A stretch of DNA of 64,000 nt from an uncultured Elusimicrobia bacterium (GTDB lineage: Bacteria; Elusimicrobiota; Elusimicrobia; 2-01-FULL-59-12): the NCBI GenBank assembly GCA_963702895.1, contig OY969767.1:160001-224000 (forward strand), read 5' to 3'. Within the stretch, counting starts at the first letter, position 1, and each line of letters opens with the position of its first letter. Of the stretch, positions 8,081-18,266 are shown piece after piece. Below the pieces are notes generated by a model. The model made no database searches, was not told the DNA's origin, and saw nothing but the letters and a program-made list of their open reading frames with translations. Made by a program: the position numbers and the translations under genes.

Positions 8081-9601
8081 TTATTTGCGGGGGAAATAGG
8101 ACGCGCCGCGCTGGATGGTTTGGCCCGCGGGCAGGTCGACGCTCGATGGCTTGTCAAAGAATTCCATGGCCCGTGTCTTGATGTAGTCGGGCTGTCCGAG
8201 CTGCATCCAGAGGTTTTGCGCGGTGTCAGGCATAAAGGGTCGTAAATAGAAGGTCAGCGCCTTCAGGCAGACGAGGACCTGGCGCATGACAGGGCCCACC
8301 TCCGTGGGAGAGCTCTTATAGAGTTTCCAGGGGGCTTTTTCTTCGATGAAGCGATTGACCCGATCGACGGCCAGAAAGAGGGTCGTGAGCGCGTCCTTAA
8401 ATTGAAGATGATCGAGTTGGGCTTCGACCGGAGCCAAATCTTTGAGGACCTGATCAATCAGATCGCGCCCAGAGCCTTCGGGGACCTTGCTTTCGCAGTA
8501 TTTTTCCGCCATGGTCATGGCGCGTGAGATGAGGTTTCCCAGATCATTGGCGAGCGCTGCGTTGTAGGCAATCTTGAGAGACTCGGCTGAAAAATCGCCA
8601 TCGGCTCCAAAGGGGAAGGCCGACATCAGGAGGTAGCGCGTGCCGTCCACGCCATACTCCTTGATCAGATCGGAGGGCCGCACGACATTGCCCAGGCTCT
8701 TCGACATCTTTTGGCCACTGACGGTAAAGAACCCGTGCGCGAAGACCTTCTTGGGCACTTTGATGCCTGCCGCAATGAGGAGCGCTGGCCAGACGATCGC
8801 GTGAAACCAGAGAATGTCCTTGGCCATCAGGTGCAGGTCCGCTGGCCACCACTGTTGCATGCGCTCTTTGTCCAGGGGGTAGCCGGTGGCCGTCAGATAA
8901 TTGATGAGCGCATCCACCCAGACATAGGTGGTCTGGGAACGGTCCCACGGAAGCTGTATCCCCCAGGCGAGCGTCGCTCGGGAGATGCTGATGTCGTTGA
9001 CTTCCTGCTTCAGTTTGCCTACCACCTCATTTCGGCGTTCCCGGGGAAAGATCTTAAAGTGATGGGGATGGCTCTCATCGGTCAGTGCGGCGAGGAGCTC
9101 CTCCCTAAATTGGGAAAGCCGGAAAAAGTAATTGTCTTCGGATTGTGTCTCAGGAGCGATCCGGTGATCGGGACAAAGGCCCGCGATGAGTTCATCTTCC
9201 ACGTAGAACCGCTCGCACTGCACGCAGTACTTTCCCTGGTAGCGGGCCTTGAAGATCACGCCTTTGTCCCAGAGCGCCACCAGCAGCGCCTGGACGGCGC
9301 GGTGATGCTCAGCCGAGGTGGTTCGAATGAAGGCGTCATGCGTGATGTTCAAGGCTTTCCAGGAGTCTTGAAACTTGGCGGTTATTTCATCGCAGTAAGC
9401 CTGGGGCTCGCGGTTGTGGGCCGCCGCAGCCTGCGCGATCTTGGTCCCGTGCTCATCTGTGCCGGTGATGAAGAAGACCTCTTTCCCATGCCCGCGGTGC
9501 CAGCGCGCGAGGATATCGCAGGCGATGGTGGTGTAGGCGTGGCCGATATGCGGCACATCGTTCACGTAATAAATGGGTGTGGTGATAAAAAGTTTATCCA
9601 T
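8081..9601 (-). CDS. metG: Methionyl-tRNA synthetase (short form)
   Basis: YYVNDVPHIGHAY (HIGH) and KMSKS motifs. Confidence 0.97.
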   Translation of the reverse strand: MDKLFITTPIYYVNDVPHIGHAYTTIACDILARWHRGHGKEVFFITGTDEHGTKIAQAAAAHNREPQAYCDEITAKFQDSWKALNITHDAFIRTTSAEHHRAVQALLVALWDKGVIFKARYQGKYCVQCERFYVEDELIAGLCPDHRIAPETQSEDNYFFRLSQFREELLAALTDESHPHHFKIFPRERRNEVVGKLKQEVNDISISRATLAWGIQLPWDRSQTTYVWVDALINYLTATGYPLDKERMQQWWPADLHLMAKDILWFHAIVWPALLIAAGIKVPKKVFAHGFFTVSGQKMSKSLGNVVRPSDLIKEYGVDGTRYLLMSAFPFGADGDFSAESLKIAYNAALANDLGNLISRAMTMAEKYCESKVPEGSGRDLIDQVLKDLAPVEAQLDHLQFKDALTTLFLAVDRVNRFIEEKAPWKLYKSSPTEVGPVMRQVLVCLKALTFYLRPFMPDTAQNLWMQLGQPDYIKTRAMEFFDKPSSVDLPAGQTIQRGASYFPRK

Positions 9602-10469
9602 GGGGCGGACCGGCCTTTCGGGCGGAAGAGAGTTTTAAGAGTAAATGATCATAAACGAGCGCGGGTTGGACATTGTGACGGAGCTGGGAGAGCGCGCGCT
9701 GCAGGAGCCGCACGGGCGCTTGGGCGTTCATGTCGCCGGAACGCAGCGCGCGCGTCGCGGGAACGAGGAGCCGACGGATCTTGTCCTCAATCTCAGGGCG
9801 CCCCGTTTTGATGGTGCGTGAGCGGGCTTCTGCGGCCTGCACGAGGCGCGCGGAAGGCGCGCTCTTGAGCCGGTCCCAGAGCTGTTCGGCCTCCTGATGT
9901 GCTTCGACCTCCTCATGGCTCAGGGCGAGCTCATGCTCGAGGTAGCGAAAGCGAACGGGCTGGCAACGGGACACGAGGGTTGTAAAGAGCCTGTCGCGAA
10001 AAGGGGTGATGAGGAAAATCGCGGTGCTTGTGGGCGGCTCCTCGAGGATCTTCAAAAGGACATTGGCGGCATCTGGAGTCATCTTATGAGCGTCGCTTAA
10101 GATGGACACTTTCCAAGCCCCTTCCACCACGCTCTGCAGCAGCCGGTGCCGCTCCGTCATGATGGTCTCGATTCGCAAATTCTGCTGCTTTTCCACGGCC
10201 TCTTTACGCTCCGCCGCCTGCCAGGCCAGATCGATCACCCGGACATCAGGGTGTGTGCCGTTGTCGATCTTTCGACAGGACAGGCAAGCACCACAGGCGT
10301 CTCCCTGAGCGGCTTTGCAATTCAAGGCTTTCGCCAGCTCGAGCGCGAGCTGCATTTTTCCGGCGCCCGGTGGACCGTAAAAAAGCAGGGGATTGGTGGT
10401 CTGACGCTTGAGCCAGGTGCGGCAAAGGTCCACGGCAAGCGGCTGTTCTTTGATGGCGCTAAAACTCAT
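9594..10469 (-). CDS. holB: DNA polymerase III subunit delta'
   Basis: GPPGAGK, Zn motif CGACLSC, ANVLLKILEEPP, SRC; adjacent to tmk. Confidence 0.9.
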   Translation of the reverse strand: MSFSAIKEQPLAVDLCRTWLKRQTTNPLLFYGPPGAGKMQLALELAKALNCKAAQGDACGACLSCRKIDNGTHPDVRVIDLAWQAAERKEAVEKQQNLRIETIMTERHRLLQSVVEGAWKVSILSDAHKMTPDAANVLLKILEEPPTSTAIFLITPFRDRLFTTLVSRCQPVRFRYLEHELALSHEEVEAHQEAEQLWDRLKSAPSARLVQAAEARSRTIKTGRPEIEDKIRRLLVPATRALRSGDMNAQAPVRLLQRALSQLRHNVQPALVYDHLLLKLSSARKAGPPHG

Positions 10470-11095
10470 ATCGATTTTAAAAAGCGGTCCACCGCATGTC
10501 GGATCAGGCCCTGGGTCTCATGGATCTCTTTCTGTTGGGCAATCACACGAAACCTTTGGGGGTCCTTTTGTGCCAGTCTCAAAAACCCAGCGCGCACCCT
10601 GCGATGAAAAGCAAGACCCGCGCGCTCCAGCCGGTCGTGCCGGCGTTTTTTCTGGTGGGCAAGCCTCAGCCCGCGCTCGACGGGAACATCCAACAAGAGC
10701 GTCAAGTCCGGCGTGAGCCCCTGGGTCGCGATGTGGTTTAAGGTCTCAATGGTTTTTAGTTTCAATCCGCGGCCATCACCCTGATAGGCAACGGTAGAAT
10801 CCGCGTAGCGGTCACACAGTACTATTTTTCCTTGCCGCAGGGCGGGCAGCAGCTTTTCATGGACGTGCTGGGCCCGGTCCGCTTCATAGAGAAGGAGCTC
10901 GGCCATGGCGGAGAGTCCCTCTTCGCCCTCCAGGAGCCATTGGCGTATCCCGGCGGCAAGGGTGGTACCTCCCGGTTCACGGGTCACGAGGACCGACTTG
11001 CCACGCGCCCGCAAATAGGCGGCAAGAAGTTGGAGGTGTGTTGATTTCCCGCTTCCTTCCGGTCCTTCGAGGGTGATGAAGATCCCTTTGTTCAT
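10466..11095 (-). CDS. tmk: Thymidylate kinase
   Basis: EGPEGSGKST, TREPGG, DRYADSTVAYQG. Confidence 0.97.
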   Translation of the reverse strand: MNKGIFITLEGPEGSGKSTHLQLLAAYLRARGKSVLVTREPGGTTLAAGIRQWLLEGEEGLSAMAELLLYEADRAQHVHEKLLPALRQGKIVLCDRYADSTVAYQGDGRGLKLKTIETLNHIATQGLTPDLTLLLDVPVERGLRLAHQKKRRHDRLERAGLAFHRRVRAGFLRLAQKDPQRFRVIAQQKEIHETQGLIRHAVDRFLKSI

Positions 11096-11182
11096 CGAAC
11101 TCGAACCATTATAATAAGGTTCGTCTCCCGCAAATCAGTTCGAGAGGCATTAAAATCGACGGAAGATTCCTTGAGGTCATTC

Positions 11183-12826
11183 ATGAGATACTTCATTTTA
11201 TGCTTGGTTCTGCTCTGCGGATGTGCGACGCCTCAGCGCCCCGGGGAACTCGCCGTCCGAGATCAGCCATCCGCTGAGCCCCGGACTTACCGCATGATGA
11301 TCGTGTATGTCCCGCAAACCGATGACGCGGCAGCGACCTGGCTCAAGTGGTTTGAGACCTATCCCGATCTCCGCATGATGATGGCGTTATCTCCTCGCTT
11401 TACGCGTCTTGCCAAGGACCCCGCGCTCAAGTCCCGCGTGCAGGCCCTGGAGAAGGAAGGTCGCCTGGAGCTGGCCCTGCAGATCCCCAACGCGCCTCTG
11501 CTTCCCTTGTTGGCCGAGAACCCACCTTATGGTTTCACGGAGGATATCGTTCAACTGATCGCTCAATCGAAAGCCGGCTTTTACAAGACATGGAACTTTC
11601 TTCCGAAGGGACTCGTCCTTCCTTTTGGCGCCGCGAGTCCGCGGCTCCTCTCCATGCTTGAGCGCTCCGGTTTTTCCTGGATCGTCGCCTCGCTGGGGCA
11701 GGGGCACGAGACGGCCCTCTTTCAGCTGGGTCCTTTGCAGGTATGGGACGGCTCCTCTACGAAGGGTCAGGTCAGGGTCTGGGATGAACGACAGTCGAAA
11801 GGCAGGCTGCTGGAGGGGTGGATGAAAGAACTCTCCAGTCATAAAGGCGTGAATTTTCTGCCACGCGATGGAGAACACACGCCATCGCCGCTTCCATTGA
11901 GCACGCTCACACAACGCACCTGGGACGGTTCAGACTGGTCCCTGTGGACCGGAGACCCCGACAAGAGCGCGGCCTGGAATGCCCTGCAAAGGACCCGAGA
12001 GGCCCTTGAAAAATACAAAAACTCAGGACAAGCCTCCGTGACGCGCCTGGATGCCGCCTTTAATGAGATTTATAGCGCGCAGAATTCCAACTATTTCGCT
12101 TCCGCGGGAAATATGAACATTTCGCCAGCGCTCAAGGAAGAGCGGGAGCATGAATTCCAGGCGACGCTCCTGGCCATCTATCGCATGATTGGCTTTCCTC
12201 CTCCGGATGATCTTTTCACCGCCTCCGCGACAGTCCCCGCGGTGGTCAAGCCCTCTTCGACCAGCATTAGCTCGGAAATCTTCCCCGATGGAGGTGAGCG
12301 CGTGGTCATTCATGACGCGGTGGGGGACGCGCTCACGCCGGGAGGGGGAGATTTAGAATCGCTCGCGGTCCGAACAACGACAGACTCGACCCATTGGACC
12401 GTCACCCTGGCGAGCGGCGCGCTGACGACTCCCGTGGAGATCTACGTGGACTTGAATGCTCAACCTCATACGGGGACTTCGACTTTCCTGCCCGGCAGGT
12501 CCTACTCCACGTCCGCCCGAGACGCTTGGGAATATGCTCTGGCTTTCTCGGGACAAGAGGCCACGCTCTACCGAACCCGGGGTGGGGGGTCTTATGGGGA
12601 CGCCCAGACCTTTCCTGTGGTGATGGAAGGGCCTAAGCTTCGCGTCACTCTCCCCGAAGGTGTTATGCGAGGGCGGCCCTCGCGGTGGGGCTATCAGGTG
12701 CTGGTGGGACAAAGCGCTGTTTCTGATTTGATTGACCCCTTGGAGGTGCCGCAGAAGGACTTATGGCAGGCCCTTTCAAACGGGAACCGACATGACATCC
12801 CCTTTGTTCGAATAAAACGTAATTGA
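11183..12826 (+). CDS. Lipoprotein with degenerate GH57-like domain and glucodextranase DOMON-like C-terminus
   Basis: Lipobox LCGC; DWSLWTGDPDKSAAWNAL and EIYSAQNSNYF (GH57 helical part); IYVDLN..G..TFLPGR..AWEYAL (DOMON-like). Confidence 0.6.
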   Translation: MRYFILCLVLLCGCATPQRPGELAVRDQPSAEPRTYRMMIVYVPQTDDAAATWLKWFETYPDLRMMMALSPRFTRLAKDPALKSRVQALEKEGRLELALQIPNAPLLPLLAENPPYGFTEDIVQLIAQSKAGFYKTWNFLPKGLVLPFGAASPRLLSMLERSGFSWIVASLGQGHETALFQLGPLQVWDGSSTKGQVRVWDERQSKGRLLEGWMKELSSHKGVNFLPRDGEHTPSPLPLSTLTQRTWDGSDWSLWTGDPDKSAAWNALQRTREALEKYKNSGQASVTRLDAAFNEIYSAQNSNYFASAGNMNISPALKEEREHEFQATLLAIYRMIGFPPPDDLFTASATVPAVVKPSSTSISSEIFPDGGERVVIHDAVGDALTPGGGDLESLAVRTTTDSTHWTVTLASGALTTPVEIYVDLNAQPHTGTSTFLPGRSYSTSARDAWEYALAFSGQEATLYRTRGGGSYGDAQTFPVVMEGPKLRVTLPEGVMRGRPSRWGYQVLVGQSAVSDLIDPLEVPQKDLWQALSNGNRHDIPFVRIKRN

Positions 12827-12831
12827 TTTGA

Positions 12832-12905
12832 CGTCATCCCCGCGGACGCGGGGACCTCAGGGTCATTTTATTGATGGGCCCCCTCTCACAACCGGGGGGA
12901 TGACG
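12832..12905. repeat. CGTCA-tagged palindromic repeat pair
   Basis: CGTCATCCCCGCGGACGCGGGGACC ... GGGCCCCCTC..GGGGGGATGACG. Confidence 0.8.
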
Positions 12906-12926
12906 ATATAAGGAGGACTCCATAAC

Positions 12927-14489
12927 ATGCGCAACCTCAATTCTCTGACGAAACTACTTCTGCTTTCACTGACGGTCTTTTTGTTGTGGGGGTTCCACAC
13001 CGGGCGCTTGATTTGGACGGGTTCCGGCCTGCGCCTGGCTTCCTATCGGGTTCCTTCGCAGGCACCTCTGGCGGACGTCCACCCTGAAGTGCTCAATCTC
13101 CAAGCCTCTTTCGCGACAGTCGCCGATATGGTGAAGCCGGCCGTGGTGAGCATCTCGACCGTTCATATTGAGGAGGTGTATCAGACCCCTCAGTTCTACT
13201 ACGGAGACCCTTTTGAGCAGTTTTTCGAGTTTTTTGGACAGAACGACTCTCCCCACCGGCGCAGGATGCCACCGAGTCAGCCTCGCAAGTATAAAGCGGA
13301 AGGGGTCGGCTCAGGGGTGATCATTGATCCGGAGGGCCTGGTGCTCACGAACGAACATGTCGTTCGTGGAGCCGATGAGATCAAAGTGGTCCTTTACGAC
13401 AAAGATAATAAAAAGACGGAATATTCCGGCAAGATCGTGGGCAAAGACGCGCGCACGGACCTGGCTATCATCCGGATCAAAGCAAGCGGCAAATTGCCCT
13501 TTGCGGCGCTGGGGGATTCCGAGAAGGTGAAGGTGGGGGACTGGGCGATCGCCATTGGCTCACCCTTCGGGCTATCGCAGACGATGACGGTGGGGGTTAT
13601 TTCCGCCGCACGCCAGGCCCTCGCGATTGAGGACAAGGAATACCGCAATCTCATTCAGACGGACGCCGCCATCAATCGCGGCAATTCCGGCGGGCCCCTG
13701 ATCAACATCCACGGCGAGGTGGTCGGCATTAACACCGCCATCTACGCGCCAACAGGCGTGTTTGCGGGGATCGGATTTGCGGTCCCCATCAACCAGGCCA
13801 AGGATATCTTAAATGACCTCGTCCAAAAGGGGCATGTCGTTCGGGGCTGGCTCGGGGTCGAGTTGGGCCGGGAGATTTCGCCGGCCATGGTCAAAGCTTT
13901 CGGGCTTCCAGACAGTCGCGGGGCGCTCGTGAACCGCGTGCTCAAGGATTCTCCCGCGGAGAAAGCAGGACTCAAGCGCGGCGATGTCATCCGCTCCTTT
14001 GACGGCAAAAAGATTGAGTCTTCCGATAAACTCCAGACCTTCGTGGCCCAAACAGCTCCGAAGAAGAAAATTGAAATGGAAGTGCTCCGGGACCGCAAGA
14101 CCGTGACGCTCTCCCTTGTGATGGGAGAACGGCCGGATTCCGCGGACACCGGCAAGCAAGAGTCTCCCGCCTCACCTAAAATGGGCGAAAAGGAAAAGGG
14201 GAGAACCTGGCTGGGCGCCAAAATCGCGGCACTGACCGAAGAGCTTGCTCAGTCCTACCGGCAGCCAGCGGGGGCCTCAGGCGTGATCGTCACCGATGTC
14301 GAAGCGGGCAGCGAAGCGGACGCCATGGGCCTTGTCGCGGGTAACATCATCCTCGGGATCAATCAGGAGCCGACGCCGAATCTCGCGGCCTTTAGCCAGG
14401 CCAGCGCCCGCGCTAAACTGAGCGACGGCATCGTTCTGGATGTTGTCCGCCAGGGCCGGCCGATGTATCTCAGCTACACCAAGCAGTAA
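12927..14489 (+). CDS. degP: DegP/HtrA serine endopeptidase with two PDZ domains
   Basis: TNEHVV, DLA, QTDAAINRGNSGGPL; AAGGAGG RBS. Confidence 0.93.
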   Translation: MRNLNSLTKLLLLSLTVFLLWGFHTGRLIWTGSGLRLASYRVPSQAPLADVHPEVLNLQASFATVADMVKPAVVSISTVHIEEVYQTPQFYYGDPFEQFFEFFGQNDSPHRRRMPPSQPRKYKAEGVGSGVIIDPEGLVLTNEHVVRGADEIKVVLYDKDNKKTEYSGKIVGKDARTDLAIIRIKASGKLPFAALGDSEKVKVGDWAIAIGSPFGLSQTMTVGVISAARQALAIEDKEYRNLIQTDAAINRGNSGGPLINIHGEVVGINTAIYAPTGVFAGIGFAVPINQAKDILNDLVQKGHVVRGWLGVELGREISPAMVKAFGLPDSRGALVNRVLKDSPAEKAGLKRGDVIRSFDGKKIESSDKLQTFVAQTAPKKKIEMEVLRDRKTVTLSLVMGERPDSADTGKQESPASPKMGEKEKGRTWLGAKIAALTEELAQSYRQPAGASGVIVTDVEAGSEADAMGLVAGNIILGINQEPTPNLAAFSQASARAKLSDGIVLDVVRQGRPMYLSYTKQ

Positions 14490-14510
14490 GGGGAAGACAG
14501 GAAAGATGAG

Positions 14511-14659
14511 CTGGGGAAGTTCAGCTGGCTCTGTTTTGTGGTCGAGACCTAGTGCACTTTTTTGTGCCGTCATCCCGGCGAACGCCGGGATCCGTCGCTC
14601 CCTTTATTTCGATGATGGGCCCTGATGGCGGATCTCCGGGGTGACGAACTGGTTTTGGG
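14511..14659. mobile_element. MITE-like element carrying a CGTCA palindrome pair
   Basis: Ends CTGGGGAAGTTCAGCT / AACTGGTTTTGGG; shares TGCACTTTTTTGTGCCGTCA.CCCGGCGAA.GCCGGG.TCC with 62547-62692. Confidence 0.65.
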
Positions 14660-16132
14660 CTAGGCGGCAGCGGAGTTGGAAGGTCGGATACGGAAAACTT
14701 CGCCGCGTTCGTTTTGTTCGAGGCCGCGCGGGATGCTGAAGGTGAACGTGGTGCCTTCGCCCTGCTTGGACCGGACACTAATTTCGCCATAGTGCGCATC
14801 CACCACAAATTTGCAGATTGAAAGCCCGAGCCCCGTTCCACCCTTGGTGCCAGAAGCTTGTTCAAACTTCTTAAAAATCTTATTGAGAAACTCCGTCGGC
14901 ATGCCATTGCCGGTATCGGTGACCTGGACTTGAACCCTGTCCGATAGCTCAATCACCTTGACGGTGATAAAGCCGCCATCGGGCGTGAACTTGATGGCGT
15001 TTCCGATGAGATTAATCACCACGCGCTCCATGAGGTGCGGGTCCAGTTTCATCGTGCGCATCTGGTCCGGCATGTCGAGGGTGAGCGTGATCTTTTTCTT
15101 GGCGGCTTCCGTGTGAAAGATTTCCACGGTATTGGGGAGGATTTGGCGCAGGTTGCATTCGGAGATGTTCAGTTTGAGCTTGCCCGCCGACATTTTCGCA
15201 CTGTCGAGAAGGTTCGACACAATATGAAGGAGCTTCGTCGACGCGTTTTCCATGATGTGGATCATTCTCTTTTGCTCTTCATTGATCGGACCGGCCATCT
15301 CTTCGCCCAGAACCTGAAGGAAACCGCGAACCGCCGTCATGGGACTGCGCAGATCATGCGTCAGGGACTGCAAGAAATCATCTTTCAGCTGGTCCAACTC
15401 CTTCTCGGCGGTGATATTGCGGATTTGGATCATGAACCAGTAATTGGTACCACTGCCTTCCGGCGCGTTGATGATGGAGGAGGAAATCAAATAGAACCGG
15501 CGGATGCCTTCCGTGGAGAGATTGACCTCGAGTTTAGCCTTAGGGGAGTCCCCTTCGACGCTTTCCCGGATCGTGATGGCGAGCCTGTCGTGCTTGACAA
15601 AGCTCCAAATCGGGCGCCCGCTTAAGGCTTCCTTGTCCTCTTCGAGTTCGAGCATCGAATAGGCCTTCGGGTTGATCAGCTGGACGTGGCCGTTGTCGTC
15701 CGTCAGGATGATGCCGTCTTCACTGGTATTGATGACGCCTTCGGTCTTGGCCTGCTCCGCCATCACTTCATCGACGCGCACCTCGCTGTAGTGCTTGAGG
15801 TCTTCGCTCATGGCGTTAAAGGCACTGGCGAGGTCCTGGAATTCATCATGCGTTTCGGTGTGGACAACCGTGGAAAAATCGCCCTTGGCAATACGCTCGG
15901 CTCCCTGCTTGAGCGCCTGAATAGGGCGTGTCAGATGCCGGGCAAATCCATAGGCGACCCCGGAGAGCACGATGGTCAGCCCGCTCAGGATGAAGACGCC
16001 GGGCCAAAGAAACTCGTGATGCATCAAGATGAAAGCGGACGTGATCAAGTATAAGGGTATGAGTGAGGAAAGCGCCACGAACACAGCAATTTTCGCAAAG
16101 ATGGAAGTTCGTATGGGCTGCGAAAAGTCCAT
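14660..16132 (-). CDS. HAMP/PAS sensor histidine kinase
   Basis: Two TMs, HAMP, PAS, THDLRSPM H-box, NLIGNAIKFT, DTGNG, GTGLGL. Confidence 0.93.
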   Translation of the reverse strand: MDFSQPIRTSIFAKIAVFVALSSLIPLYLITSAFILMHHEFLWPGVFILSGLTIVLSGVAYGFARHLTRPIQALKQGAERIAKGDFSTVVHTETHDEFQDLASAFNAMSEDLKHYSEVRVDEVMAEQAKTEGVINTSEDGIILTDDNGHVQLINPKAYSMLELEEDKEALSGRPIWSFVKHDRLAITIRESVEGDSPKAKLEVNLSTEGIRRFYLISSSIINAPEGSGTNYWFMIQIRNITAEKELDQLKDDFLQSLTHDLRSPMTAVRGFLQVLGEEMAGPINEEQKRMIHIMENASTKLLHIVSNLLDSAKMSAGKLKLNISECNLRQILPNTVEIFHTEAAKKKITLTLDMPDQMRTMKLDPHLMERVVINLIGNAIKFTPDGGFITVKVIELSDRVQVQVTDTGNGMPTEFLNKIFKKFEQASGTKGGTGLGLSICKFVVDAHYGEISVRSKQGEGTTFTFSIPRGLEQNERGEVFRIRPSNSAAA

Positions 16133-16141
16133 GGCGAGCCT

Positions 16142-16170
16142 AGTCTAGAGGGTGTTTGGGTGAGTGTCAA
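16142..16170 (-). promoter_or_regulatory. Sigma70 promoter of the kinase gene
   Basis: TTGACA-17 nt-TAGACT on - strand, 9 nt before ATG. Confidence 0.7.
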
Positions 16171-16225
16171 GGAAGGATTTTTGCTATTTCTCGGATCAAA
16201 TTGATAGATTGATCGTCTAATCGCT

Positions 16226-17365
16226 ATGCGTCTTAAGCCTCTGATTGCCTGCGTGGTATCGGTGGGTCTACTCCCCGTGATGGCGCGCTATGGCTTTGCG
16301 GAGGATTCCTCTCCTTCCGTCCCTCCTTCCAGAGGAGCAAGCGCCTTACAGGCTTCTAATCTTTTGAATCCCAATATCAGCGTCGTGGGCACGTTTCAGG
16401 GAATGGTCGGCCATCCCCATGACCCAGGTGTTGAACCGGAACCCGCATTGCAATTAAAGGAAGCGGAGATCAGTTTCCAGGCTATTGTGGATTCTTGGGC
16501 GCGGGCAGACTTCTTTGTTGGGTTCGACTCTGATGGGCATGTGGAGCTCGAAGAAGGCTATATCAACTGGTTTCATCTGCCGGGAAACTTGGGTCTGCGG
16601 GCAGGAAAATTTCGTTCCCTCTTTGGGCCGTTCAACCGAACCCACGCTCACGAGACGCCCTTTGCGACCCGGCCCCTTGTGGAAAAGAATTTTCTCGGGG
16701 AAGAAGGCTTATCGGGCGCTGGCGCCGGTCTTTCGTGGCAGGTCCCGAACCCCTGGGTCTACATCAATACGGATTTGGAAATGGTGCAGCCGCCTTCGGT
16801 GGAAGATGTACCGTCCTTCGATGAAGCCAAGCGCAGCGATTTCCTCTATATGGGGCGGCTCAGCACTTATGTGGATCTTACCGATACGCAGAACATCTTT
16901 TTCGGAGGGAGCGCGGCCACAGGGCCCTCAGGCCAGGAGTTGGATGCCTTGGGCGTTTCTTCCGATACCCTGCACACCCAGCTCTATAGCCTGGACCTGA
17001 CCTATCGTTGGAAAAATCCTGCCCGCTCCTCCTTCCGATCCGTTCTTTGGCAGAACGAGATTCTGTGGAGTCAGCATCAAGTCACTTCCAACGCCACGGT
17101 TCAGAGCTGGGGCCTCATGAGTTGGCTCGAATACCGTTTTGCGCGGCGCTGGTCGACTGGCGGGCGCTATGATTATTCCGAGTTTGCCGAGAATGACCTT
17201 CAGCATGAAGCGGGAGGGCTGCTCTTTCTCACGTTTTCACCTTCGGAGTTTGCCCGGATCAGTCTTCAGGGCAGCCATGTTCGACGCTCCGATGGCTTAG
17301 ATGAGAATTTAGGTTTGCTCAGGATTACCTTTAATATCGGTCCTCATGGCGCCCATGCGTTTTAA
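16226..17365 (+). CDS. Outer-membrane beta-barrel protein associated with metal ABC uptake
   Basis: Signal peptide; NPNISV, FNRTHAH and C-terminal GPHGAHAF; upstream of a ZnuA-like gene. Confidence 0.7.
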   Translation: MRLKPLIACVVSVGLLPVMARYGFAEDSSPSVPPSRGASALQASNLLNPNISVVGTFQGMVGHPHDPGVEPEPALQLKEAEISFQAIVDSWARADFFVGFDSDGHVELEEGYINWFHLPGNLGLRAGKFRSLFGPFNRTHAHETPFATRPLVEKNFLGEEGLSGAGAGLSWQVPNPWVYINTDLEMVQPPSVEDVPSFDEAKRSDFLYMGRLSTYVDLTDTQNIFFGGSAATGPSGQELDALGVSSDTLHTQLYSLDLTYRWKNPARSSFRSVLWQNEILWSQHQVTSNATVQSWGLMSWLEYRFARRWSTGGRYDYSEFAENDLQHEAGGLLFLTFSPSEFARISLQGSHVRRSDGLDENLGLLRITFNIGPHGAHAF

Positions 17366-18266
17366 CCGATCTCTCATTGGGCTTGCGCTTCTTCTTCCGC
17401 AGATGGCTTGGGCCAAGCTCCTGGTGGTCACGACCACAGAAGATTTGGCGGCCATCGCCAGGGAAATCGGCAAGTCCGAGATCGACGTCTTTGCCATCGC
17501 CAAAGGCTATCAGGACCCTCACTATGTGGACCCCAAGCCGAGCTATCTCTTAAAGCTGCGAAACGCGGACCTCCTCGTGCTCATTGGCCTTGAGCTGGAA
17601 GTGGGGTGGCTCCCGCCGCTTTTGCAAAATGCCCGCAACTCCAAGATTCTTCCCGGCAACCCCGGGCATCTGGACGCTTCGGAGGGCTGCCATATCTTTC
17701 AGAAGACTACGGGGACGATCGATCGCTCGATGGGGGATATTCACCCGTTCGGCAATCCGCATTATTGGACCGATCCGGAAAACGGCTTGATCATCGCCAG
17801 ACGCCTTGCCCAAAGACTTTCGGAGCTCGACGCCGCTCATGCCGACTCCTTTTCAGTCAACCTCAAAGATTTTGAAGCACGTCTGCGTCTGAAGCAAAAG
17901 GAATGGGGAACTTTGGCTCGTTCGTTCAGGGGAGTCCATGTCATCACCTATCACAATTCCTGGCCTAACTTTGTGAGCGCCTTTGGGATCTCTGTGGTGA
18001 ATTTTATCGAGCCCAAGCCAGGCGTGCCCCCTTCTCCCGCCCATGTTCAGAGTCTCATCGCGCAAATACGCGCTCAAGCGATTCCTTTGATTCTGGTTGA
18101 GCCCTATTTTGATATCAAGCTCCCACAAAAAATTGCTCATGACACAGGGGCCCAAGTCGTTTCCTTTCCGCCATCGGTGGGCGGTGCGAAGGAGATTCGG
18201 ACCTACCTGGACCTCTTCGATTACAACCTTACTCTCTTAAAACAGGCGCTGACCCCAACGCCATGA
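17355..18266 (+). CDS. Zn/Mn ABC transporter substrate-binding protein (ZnuA/TroA family)
   Basis: QDPHYVDPKP, GNPHYWTDP, TYHNSW. Confidence 0.9.
   Translation: MRFNRSLIGLALLLPQMAWAKLLVVTTTEDLAAIAREIGKSEIDVFAIAKGYQDPHYVDPKPSYLLKLRNADLLVLIGLELEVGWLPPLLQNARNSKILPGNPGHLDASEGCHIFQKTTGTIDRSMGDIHPFGNPHYWTDPENGLIIARRLAQRLSELDAAHADSFSVNLKDFEARLRLKQKEWGTLARSFRGVHVITYHNSWPNFVSAFGISVVNFIEPKPGVPPSPAHVQSLIAQIRAQAIPLILVEPYFDIKLPQKIAHDTGAQVVSFPPSVGGAKEIRTYLDLFDYNLTLLKQALTPTP

Noticed and set aside
8711..9811. 366-aa + strand ORF and similar long antisense ORFs (25363-26163, 34703-35677, 37182-38180, 40414-41313, 60290-61048)
   Set aside because: Shadow frames opposite well-supported genes in GC-rich DNA; no recognisable motifs
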